The notes under the pieces were generated by a model that saw only the letters and a list, made by a program, of their open reading frames with translations, made no database searches and was not told the origin of the DNA. Source: a virus (lineage: Duplodnaviria; Caudoviricetes). Taken from it: a stretch of DNA of 43,831 nt. Of the stretch, positions 9,279-16,581 are shown piece by piece. The stretch is from IMG/VR virus record IMGVR_UViG_3300026085_000003, positions 1 to 43,831 of that record; one strand, given 5' to 3'. Both the position numbers and the translations under genes were made by a program. Position 1 is the first letter of the stretch; every line of letters begins with the position of its first letter.

Positions 9279-11096
9279 CTATTTAGCGTTTGGTACTTTA
9301 ATTAGTTTTCCGTATTCCGGCAAATATAAGTATTCAATTTCGCTATTTTTCAACGTATGTAGTGCGTCATCTAGAGATTCTACCAATGGCTCACCACCTA
9401 GATTAAAACTAGTATTAAAGATAATTGGACATTCTGTCTTTTCCTTAAACTTTTTAATCAAATTATAGTAATGTGGATTCTGTTCTTCAGTAACTGTTTG
9501 AATTCTGCAAGTACCATCTACGTGAATAATTGAAGGAATTTTTTCTTTAATTCCTGGTTGACAATTTACAGCGTACATCATACTTGGCGATGATTTCATA
9601 CCTCTTAAATCAAACCATTCGTGTACATCTTCTTCAAGAATTGTACCAGCAAATGGACGGAAGTATTCTCTATGCTTTACAGTATTAACAAAATCTTTAC
9701 CGTCTTTTTCTCTTGGATCAAACAAAATGCTTCTGTTACCCAATGCTCTTGGGCCGTTTTCACTTTGTCCTTGGAATAGTGTTACAATGTTTCTAGATGT
9801 TAATAACTCAACTACCATTTCGTTTGAACCTTCTAGAACATCACCACCAATTGCTTCTACTTTTTCTTTAATTTCATCTTCAGTATATGAATGTTTAGGA
9901 CCTAAGTACAAGTTGTCTTTCCAAGTTGTAATAGTTTCGTCTTGTGTAATGCTTCTATGAATGAACATAGCCGCACCCATTGCCGTACCTGCATCGTTTG
10001 AAATAGGTTCAACATATAGATTGATTCCTAAATCTTTTAATCTTTCTAAGTAAAAATAGTTTGCAACACAGTTAAGAGCATAGCCGCCTGATAAAACAAC
10101 ATTCTTTTCGCCTGTCATTTCAACTGCTTTTTCAATTAAACGTGCTACTTGTTCTTGCGTTTCAATTTGCGTAGCGTATGCTAAATCTCTACGATTTTTT
10201 AATACGGTATAGTCACGCTTTTGATCACTACCTGTTGCACCTTGTTCGTTTTCTGTTTCTGAAAATAGTAATGCATTAATTTGTGCACCGTTAGGATAGT
10301 TAGGGCAAATAAAATTTCTATTTGTTAAAGGAATCTTACTTGATTCATCAAACAAAGGTGGAATGTTTTCATTAGGTTCACCATAAGGAAATAGTCCCAT
10401 AGTTTTGCCTGCTTCAATTGAACTAAATCCACAATATTCTGTTGTGGCTTCATATAATTTTGTAATACCTGCTCTGTCACTAATTATGCATTCGTGTTTG
10501 CCATCTTCATTGTACATTGAACTATCAAATGCAGTATTAATTGCTCCTGGACTTGGTCCACGTAATCCAATGTGTTTATATAATGTCTTAAAGTTGCTTG
10601 GATATTCACAACTAAAAATAGTTTCAGTTTCCCAACCAACAACTTGTTCTCCACCAAAGTTAAGTGGAATAAATGTGCCGGCACCATCCACAACAACACC
10701 AACTGCTTTATCAAATCCTGATCTATAAAATGACATAGCGGCGTGTAATTTGTGATGCACAAAACTTAAATCAATTACTTGACTGTGTTGATAAGGATTG
10801 TCTTTTCTATTAATTAATCCTAGTTTACGTGCTAACCCTGTATAAACATTGTCTCCGGTATAATCAATTCTACCTGCTGTTTCTTCAAGACTTTGTGTAT
10901 GTGCTACTACCAAATAATCTAATTTGTCTGTGTAGTCTAAAATTTTAACCATAGAGGCAAAAGGACCTCCATCATATTTTTGTCTTGATAATCTTTCTTC
11001 TTCTACAGAAAAAACAATTTCTCCGTCCTTTAGTAGACACACTCCTGCATTATGACCTCTGGCAATGCCGGCAATCCAGACTGGTTTCTTACTCAT
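9279..11096 (-). CDS. Carbamoyltransferase, NodU/CmcH/TobZ family
   Basis: N-terminal Kae1-like domain (GHNAG..EEERLSRQK, HHKLHAA, VVDGAG, EAGKTMGL.PYG, SGG.ALNCVAN, NDAGTAMGAA). C-terminal YrdC-like domain (GPRALGNRSIL, VKHREYFRPFA, HVDGTCRIQTV, NTSFNLGGEPLVE). Confidence 0.95.
   Translation of the reverse strand: MSKKPVWIAGIARGHNAGVCLLKDGEIVFSVEEERLSRQKYDGGPFASMVKILDYTDKLDYLVVAHTQSLEETAGRIDYTGDNVYTGLARKLGLINRKDNPYQHSQVIDLSFVHHKLHAAMSFYRSGFDKAVGVVVDGAGTFIPLNFGGEQVVGWETETIFSCEYPSNFKTLYKHIGLRGPSPGAINTAFDSSMYNEDGKHECIISDRAGITKLYEATTEYCGFSSIEAGKTMGLFPYGEPNENIPPLFDESSKIPLTNRNFICPNYPNGAQINALLFSETENEQGATGSDQKRDYTVLKNRRDLAYATQIETQEQVARLIEKAVEMTGEKNVVLSGGYALNCVANYFYLERLKDLGINLYVEPISNDAGTAMGAAMFIHRSITQDETITTWKDNLYLGPKHSYTEDEIKEKVEAIGGDVLEGSNEMVVELLTSRNIVTLFQGQSENGPRALGNRSILFDPREKDGKDFVNTVKHREYFRPFAGTILEEDVHEWFDLRGMKSSPSMMYAVNCQPGIKEKIPSIIHVDGTCRIQTVTEEQNPHYYNLIKKFKEKTECPIIFNTSFNLGGEPLVESLDDALHTLKNSEIEYLYLPEYGKLIKVPNAK
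9280..9285 (-). promoter_or_regulatory. Late promoter box TAAATA (5 nt before ATG; leaderless configuration)
   Basis: TAAATA-gtagt-ATG; overlaps the carbamoyltransferase stop codon. Confidence 0.7.
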
Positions 11097-12289
11097 TATT
11101 TTTTCTCCTGTGATGGATTTAGAAATGGAGGTAAGTTATTCGACGCTGAACTTCCAATTCCAAATTGTGATGTAGTTGTATTTGCAACCGAAGCCGGTGT
11201 TGGCATTGGTTGTTGAGGCATCTGCATAGGTTGATGCTGATGCATTTGTCCGTGATCGTGTACTACACCGTGTACAGGACATACTTGTCCTTGTTGTTGT
11301 TCGCCTTCACCTTTAAGTTTTGCTAGTTTAACATCTTCTTTGTGAGGGAATTTTTTAACAAGATCAACGCCTGCTTTAATAATATCATCTTCTTGTTTAT
11401 TAGACATTTCATTAATACCGTCATTCATTCTATCAGTTGACTCGTCTGGTGCAATTCTAATAGGTGCATAACGTCTACTTGTTTCTCCTAAGTCAATAAT
11501 TTTAACTTTATCATCATTAGGATAAGAAATGTTTACAGGATATGTAGAGGCAATAACAGCAACAACAGGAGTTTCTGTTGCATAAGCAATATGTTGTCCT
11601 ACACTATCACAACCTACAAATAAATCTGCGGCCTTAATTAATCCTGACCATTGTCTTAGCGTAATACCGTGTGGTTGTGGAATTGGTACAGTAAACTGTT
11701 CACTGCCAAAATCAATTTGCATTTCGGCCATAACCATTGTAGCATAACCCTTCTTTTGAAATTTTTGAATTAGAGAAACTAAATTAGAATAGTCAATGCT
11801 TCTTGATGTGCTATCATTAAACACACCATCACGGTAATCAATTCCACGCCCGAAAGGTTGAATAATAACAACCTTGTCTTTACCAGTCATTTTCTTAACT
11901 TCGTTCATTGTAATAACACCGTTAAGTTTTTCATCCTTGCTCAACTTCAAGGATGGTCTAGGTAATTTTCTTGGTGCTGATAATTTATTGATTTCAATAT
12001 CAAAAGACTGTGCTAAATTGGCTTCTTGATTATAATAATGCCATACCCTATAAGGTTCTGGACTTACACAGTTTCTTTCTTTGATTTTATCCTGAAATAA
12101 ATTTTTATGCCATACATCGTATGCTCTATGATCTAAATCCGGATGCCCTTTATAAAATTCTGTTCCACCTTCACAAACAATGATAAAATCATCATCTGGG
12201 TGTTCTTCTTTAAATTTTTCAAAAGCGGGAATTGAAGTAATAACTCTACCTGCACCGCCATTGATAAAAAACGCTGTTGATCTGTTCAT
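11096..12289 (-). CDS. GT-B glycosyltransferase, GT9 (heptosyltransferase)-like, with Q/H/P-rich C-terminal tail
   Basis: N-terminal AFFINGGAGRVITSIPA (GT9 GxxGDxxxxxPA position) and C-terminal LIKAADLFVGCDSVGQHIAYA (GT9 DS.xxH.A motif). Its stop overlaps the carbamoyltransferase start (TAATG). Confidence 0.75.
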   Translation of the reverse strand: MNRSTAFFINGGAGRVITSIPAFEKFKEEHPDDDFIIVCEGGTEFYKGHPDLDHRAYDVWHKNLFQDKIKERNCVSPEPYRVWHYYNQEANLAQSFDIEINKLSAPRKLPRPSLKLSKDEKLNGVITMNEVKKMTGKDKVVIIQPFGRGIDYRDGVFNDSTSRSIDYSNLVSLIQKFQKKGYATMVMAEMQIDFGSEQFTVPIPQPHGITLRQWSGLIKAADLFVGCDSVGQHIAYATETPVVAVIASTYPVNISYPNDDKVKIIDLGETSRRYAPIRIAPDESTDRMNDGINEMSNKQEDDIIKAGVDLVKKFPHKEDVKLAKLKGEGEQQQGQVCPVHGVVHDHGQMHQHQPMQMPQQPMPTPASVANTTTSQFGIGSSASNNLPPFLNPSQEKK

Positions 12290-12329
12290 TTTGTTCCTCT
12301 AAATTATCTACGTGTTTATTACGCATAGA

Positions 12330-12335
12330 TATTTA
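12330..12335 (-). promoter_or_regulatory. Late promoter box TAAATA for the GT-carbamoyltransferase pair
   Basis: ggTAAATAtcta...GAGGA..ATG. Confidence 0.7.
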
Positions 12336-12368
12336 CCGGGTAGTTCTGAACGTGATCTAAATTATGGT

Positions 12369-13226
12369 TTAGGTATTTGTGGAAGTGTCCATAGGTGAAT
12401 TTGACACATCTAATGGTTCATCACCGTCCAACTGTACTGCATCGTCCATAGCACTTGCTAAGATCTCTGCAGGCATAATAGGTTGTTGTACCTGTATTTG
12501 TCCTGGAGGTGGATCATCTGACTCTTGAACAGTTTGTGCTCTAGGATCTTGTGGGAAAGGAACCATCCAAGGATCCCATTGAGCAGTTGGAAATTTAGTA
12601 GAAATTGCTTCTAAATCTGCTTTCATTACACCCATAGCAGTTGCTAAATCAGTGTTTCCTAGGTCTGTGTACTCTGTAATTGCAGTAGCACACTCTTCAA
12701 TTAAACGATTTTTTGCATCGTTAAATGTATCCCAATCCATATGTGGATTTTTCCAAGGAAAAGGTTTAACCCATTCGTTAGCAATAAAATCATATTGAAT
12801 ATCACCAACTTCATATGTGTGATCTGGTGTAGGAATAGTTGCACGTGAATAATATACAGTTGTGTCGCTTGGATCTACATCTGTTCTTGTGAATTCTGTT
12901 TGAGGAAAATCTGCTTGATCAATTTCCATCCAAAGTAATGCGGCCAAAAGTGGCTCTGCTCTAGCATCAACTAAAATGCTTCTTTCTGCCTGACCTGCTC
13001 TAGCAACAAGTTTATCTCTTTGTTCCGTAGTACCGTCGTATGCTTCTGTGTCATTTTGCGGTAATACTTTACCTGTGTCAGCGTTAACAAAGCAATAAAA
13101 CTTTGCTGGACCTGTATATGTAAAGTCTGCTGTAAGACCTAATTCACTAGTCTTGTATAGATATTTGTCTGGTAGATCGTAAGTAAAGTCTACATTAATG
13201 TTTGGAATTTCATTTAATCCTGGCAT
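12369..13226 (-). CDS. Putative tail-fibre assembly chaperone (degenerate phage tail assembly chaperone C-terminal domain)
   Basis: W..F.DAKNRLI.E....MKADL.AI..KFP...W.VPFP.DP resembles the W..R..RN.LL..SD..YRQ.LRD.P....V.FP..P chaperone pattern. Lies directly after the adhesin-like genes. Confidence 0.55.
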   Translation of the reverse strand: MPGLNEIPNINVDFTYDLPDKYLYKTSELGLTADFTYTGPAKFYCFVNADTGKVLPQNDTEAYDGTTEQRDKLVARAGQAERSILVDARAEPLLAALLWMEIDQADFPQTEFTRTDVDPSDTTVYYSRATIPTPDHTYEVGDIQYDFIANEWVKPFPWKNPHMDWDTFNDAKNRLIEECATAITEYTDLGNTDLATAMGVMKADLEAISTKFPTAQWDPWMVPFPQDPRAQTVQESDDPPPGQIQVQQPIMPAEILASAMDDAVQLDGDEPLDVSNSPMDTSTNT

Positions 13227-13248
13227 ATTATTCTCCTGTCCCCTTTAT

Positions 13249-14097
13249 TTACGTTTGATACCAAGTAATTCTAATCATTCCTGGAGCACCATAAGATCCA
13301 CAATGGCAGTGTCCTGACCAAGTGTAGAATGTTACGCCGCCAAATCCTGGAACGTACTGTGGTGAAAGTCTTGACCAACCAATATTGTTAGCCGCTGAAC
13401 AGTTAACATAAGTGTCAAAGTGTCTACCACCTACACCTACTCCAACTGTACCACCACATTTGTTAACTAATCCGCCTGGATATGGTAAGAAGTGTTTGTA
13501 ACAACAATGGTCACCACAACTTCTATGTTGCCACCAACCACGCACACCGCCCATACATAGGTCACCACCAAATGCACACGCAACGCCATCGTTTTCTTGA
13601 CATCCACAGCACCAAGAACGACAGTTACAGTAACCTGTTACATAACAACCGTAACCTGGGAAACAATATGAACAACCTGGCTTACCGCCTTCTGCACAGA
13701 AGTTTGATAAACTAGGTCCTTTAATTGAGGATTCACATCCTCTAAATCCGTTTCTACCGTTGTGACAACAAGCACCTTCACCTAAACATAGATCATAACA
13801 GCAACCTGATGTAACACCAATAGTTTTTCTAACGTATGCACCTGAACCACCCGGTGAACCACCCATACAACAGCAGTTTACACCACCGCCGCCACCTGAG
13901 CCCCACGCTTCGAATGTAGCACGAACGGCGTCAACTGGTACAATAAATGCAAAACAGCAGTATTGTTGATAGTTACCAAATGATGGACAACTCCAACAAG
14001 ATGATCTATACATTAATGTACAACCGCCTGGTAAATCTGTTGTAGATTCTCCTTGTGGTAGTACTAAATCTGATACGTAGGATGATAACTGTGCCAT
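13249..14097 (-). CDS. Gly/Cys-rich adhesin-like protein, paralog 3
   Basis: FEAWGSGGGGG..CCC..G.PGGSGAY, NFCAEGG and G.PG.IRITW: a glycine-rich tail-tip (gp38-like) scaffold. About 32 Cys in 282 aa by hand count. Confidence 0.65.
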   Translation of the reverse strand: MAQLSSYVSDLVLPQGESTTDLPGGCTLMYRSSCWSCPSFGNYQQYCCFAFIVPVDAVRATFEAWGSGGGGGVNCCCMGGSPGGSGAYVRKTIGVTSGCCYDLCLGEGACCHNGRNGFRGCESSIKGPSLSNFCAEGGKPGCSYCFPGYGCYVTGYCNCRSWCCGCQENDGVACAFGGDLCMGGVRGWWQHRSCGDHCCYKHFLPYPGGLVNKCGGTVGVGVGGRHFDTYVNCSAANNIGWSRLSPQYVPGFGGVTFYTWSGHCHCGSYGAPGMIRITWYQT

Positions 14098-14102
14098 ACT
14101 AA

Positions 14103-14108
14103 TATTTA
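14103..14108 (-). promoter_or_regulatory. Late promoter box TAAATA (5 nt before ATG)
   Basis: TAAATA-ttagt-ATG. Confidence 0.7.
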
Positions 14109-14117
14109 CCTTCTATT

Positions 14118-14975
14118 TTAACTTTCCTCGTTCCAAGTTACTCTTACAAAACCTGCGTTTCCTGGATAACCGTAACAACAACCGCCACCGCAAGATGTTG
14201 CAGATTGTCCACCAACAGCAGGTGTTAAGCCTGATTCACCAGTCGCCCAACCAATATCAAATACGCATCGTGCCCAGTGTGAGTAACAAGCGTTACCCAT
14301 ATTTTGTGTAGTTGAGTGACCACCATTTTTATTAACTAATCCTCCCGGATAAGCATAACCTAATTTCCAATAACAAGGACCACAGTTACATTGTGCCCAC
14401 ATAAACGATGGTCTACCATAAGTACCACCATCTGCACCGTAGTATAATTGACAACATAAACAACAGTATTGTTCTGTGTAGTAGTAACCACAGTTGTTAC
14501 CTTGACACTGTGAGTAACCCCACATAATCCAACAACAAGTTTTTCCTGGCACACCACCTTCAACACATAAGTTTGTTAATCCTGGTCCTTCAATATAACC
14601 TTTACATCCAATAATACCGCAACAACATCTTGAACAACAAGTAGGTGGTCCTGGATAAAACGCATAACAATCACCTGAATTGAATGCTCCACCATTTGCT
14701 ACGGATTTAATACATTTATAAGCATACGCACCTGAACCGCCTGGTACACCTTGTTGACAACAACAAGCGCCACCGCCTGATCCACCACCTGCCCATACTT
14801 CCATTTTCGCACAGTTGGCTCCGTTTGGCATACACCAATATAGATAACAGTTACCAGCATAATCTGAGTTACAGTAACACTGACAGTGAGGGAAGAAGAC
14901 TACCTGACAACCTGGTTCTAAAGGTCTGATATCATTTGGACTAACTGCGCCTATAAGTGATTTTAAATTTGCCAT
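14118..14975 (-). CDS. Gly/Cys-rich adhesin-like protein, paralog 2
   Basis: MANLKSL start, EVWAGGGSGGGACCC, PGGSGAY, NLCVEGG, YPGGLVNK and G.AGFVRVTW. About 35 Cys in 285 aa. Confidence 0.65.
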   Translation of the reverse strand: MANLKSLIGAVSPNDIRPLEPGCQVVFFPHCQCYCNSDYAGNCYLYWCMPNGANCAKMEVWAGGGSGGGACCCQQGVPGGSGAYAYKCIKSVANGGAFNSGDCYAFYPGPPTCCSRCCCGIIGCKGYIEGPGLTNLCVEGGVPGKTCCWIMWGYSQCQGNNCGYYYTEQYCCLCCQLYYGADGGTYGRPSFMWAQCNCGPCYWKLGYAYPGGLVNKNGGHSTTQNMGNACYSHWARCVFDIGWATGESGLTPAVGGQSATSCGGGCCYGYPGNAGFVRVTWNEES

Positions 14976-14993
14976 ATTATATCATTTCCTCTC

Positions 14994-15845
14994 TTACGGA
15001 TCCAATGTTATTCTTACAAGACCCGGACCGCCTGGGCCTCCACAGTAACAGTTGCCGCCTAGTGCCGAACCTGTGATACCACCTTGTCCTGGTGCTCTCT
15101 GGTGAGAACCACCACCACCGATCATACCTTGTCCTGCTCTACAACCATCAAAGCCACCTGGCATATTATAAGCACAGAATCTGTACATATCCCATCTGTA
15201 ACCTTGCATAGTTAAGTGTCCTGGCATTGGTACGTAGTGTTTGTACCAACAAGAGTTGTTGTTTTGACAGTGTGTTGCAATACCACCAAGTCTACCTGGT
15301 AATCCTGAATCTCCACCAAACCAACAAGCACAACAGTTATCGTATCTTGGGTCTAAACATACACCACAACCGATACAGTTAAACATAAAACATAAAGAAC
15401 AGCCACTAGCGCCGCCTTCTGCACAGAAATTACTGTGCCAATAATTATTACAAATCCAAGTTTTACAACCTCTATAACCACAAGAGAAAACCGGTGAACA
15501 ACAAGCCGGTGGTGCAATACAAATTTGAAATTCTTGTTTACAGTTGTTGTAATTTTGCACACACTTTCTTGTGTATGCACCTGCTCCAGCAGTGAAACCC
15601 CATTGACAACAGCACACACCTGCGCCGCCGCCTCCGCCGCCCCACATTTCTATGAGCATATTGTTTACTGAAGGGTCAGGGTAAAAGCAGTGTTCGTGAC
15701 GACATTGGTCTCTGTTATGCGAAATACCACAGTGTTGTGTAAATGTTACCTGACAGGTATAATATTTCCTGCAGGGACTATTTGGTGAGTTCGCATCGAA
15801 ATCGTTCTTACTCGCTTTGTCTAGTAAACTTTTTAAATTTGCCAT
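14994..15845 (-). CDS. Gly/Cys-rich adhesin-like protein, paralog 1
   Basis: MANLKSL start, EMWGGGGGGAGVCCC, GAGAY, NFCAEGG and GGPGLVRITL. About 31 Cys in 283 aa. Confidence 0.65.
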   Translation of the reverse strand: MANLKSLLDKASKNDFDANSPNSPCRKYYTCQVTFTQHCGISHNRDQCRHEHCFYPDPSVNNMLIEMWGGGGGGAGVCCCQWGFTAGAGAYTRKCVQNYNNCKQEFQICIAPPACCSPVFSCGYRGCKTWICNNYWHSNFCAEGGASGCSLCFMFNCIGCGVCLDPRYDNCCACWFGGDSGLPGRLGGIATHCQNNNSCWYKHYVPMPGHLTMQGYRWDMYRFCAYNMPGGFDGCRAGQGMIGGGGSHQRAPGQGGITGSALGGNCYCGGPGGPGLVRITLDP

Positions 15846-15877
15846 CTGCTCTTATCCTTTTACTTAATGCTTAACTG

Positions 15878-15883
15878 TATTTA
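15878..15883 (-). promoter_or_regulatory. Late promoter box TAAATA for the Cys-rich cluster
   Basis: tTAAATAcag..AAGGA..ATG. Confidence 0.65.
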
Positions 15884-15891
15884 ACCTAAAA

Positions 15892-16218
15892 TTAGATTAA
15901 AATCCAGCCGTAAGTTGCGCCTGAGTACATAATAGTTACAGTAGCATTTTGTAAGTTAAGATCCAAATCTTCTGTTAAGTTTTGAATTTCACTTCCATTT
16001 CTTGCCAAAGTAACGTTATTTGTACTAAACGAACCAGTAACATCAATAACTTGGATAGTATCACCAACTTGTAGTGTAGCATTTGCTGGCAAAGTAATAG
16101 TAAAAGCACCTGCAGACGAGTTTGCTAAAATTCTGTCATTAACTCTAGCCGTATACGCTCCAGAAACTTCCACGATACTAGCACCGCTTGTTCCAGTTGT
16201 TGTAATGTATCTTCCCAT
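15892..16218 (-). CDS. Small tail-fibre connector-domain protein, 108 aa
   Basis: AFTITLPA....VGD.I.VID..GSF.TNN.TL.RNG..I.....DL.L.....V.I.Y....YGW, a stand-alone copy of a domain common in T4-like tail-fibre proteins. Confidence 0.65.
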   Translation of the reverse strand: MGRYITTTGTSGASIVEVSGAYTARVNDRILANSSAGAFTITLPANATLQVGDTIQVIDVTGSFSTNNVTLARNGSEIQNLTEDLDLNLQNATVTIMYSGATYGWILI

Positions 16219-16239
16219 TTTATTTTATCCTTCTAACGT

Positions 16240-16245
16240 TATTTA
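16240..16245 (-). promoter_or_regulatory. Late promoter box TAAATA
   Basis: aaTAAATAacgttagAAGGA..ATG. Confidence 0.65.
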
Positions 16246-16248
16246 TTT

Positions 16249-16566
16249 CTAAACTGCTGTTTCAATGCCCATAACCACTACAGACATATTACCAGTGCTT
16301 GTCCACGCGACTATTTTCTTACCCGCATCTAGTACTAAACCGGTTCTTTCTAAAACTCCTTTGGATAAAACTTCTGTATCATATTCTACCCATTCAGAAT
16401 CTAGAGGAACATCAGCGGCCGCCACTGCTAATCTAACAGCACAAGCCGAATTATCACGGTTGCACATTGAAACAGTGACAACTGAGTATGTACTAGCCGG
16501 CGTTGTATACACGGTAGTATTAGTACCTGTATTAAGATTTGCCGCTCCTAGTCTTCCTGTTGCCAT
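16249..16566 (-). CDS. Small beta-sandwich virion adaptor-like protein (paralog of 30178-30507 and 34203-34550)
   Basis: TTVYT.P....V....CN......V.L....LVLDAG.KI.......VVV.G.E pattern shared by the three small proteins. Confidence 0.6.
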   Translation of the reverse strand: MATGRLGAANLNTGTNTTVYTTPASTYSVVTVSMCNRDNSACAVRLAVAAADVPLDSEWVEYDTEVLSKGVLERTGLVLDAGKKIVAWTSTGNMSVVVMGIETAV

Positions 16567-16581
16567 ATTTTTTCTCCTTTT

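Noticed and set aside
9279-12289. GT plus carbamoyltransferase as a DNA hypermodification module
   Set aside because: Not excluded, but ranked lower: the pair has a late promoter, is embedded in fibre genes, and has no thymidylate-synthase-like, TET/JBP or kinase partner in the window.
13249-15845. Diversity-generating retroelement or invertible cassette acting on the adhesin paralogs
   Set aside because: No reverse transcriptase or invertase gene, no adenine-specific TR/VR pair and no inverted repeats were seen. Similarity is ordinary paralogy.
13249-15845. Cys excess as an artefact of codon reassignment, or the genes as RiPP precursors
   Set aside because: All other genes translate cleanly in the standard code with normal Cys use. 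The proteins are ~283 aa with a fibre-tip scaffold, and no peptidase or transporter is nearby.
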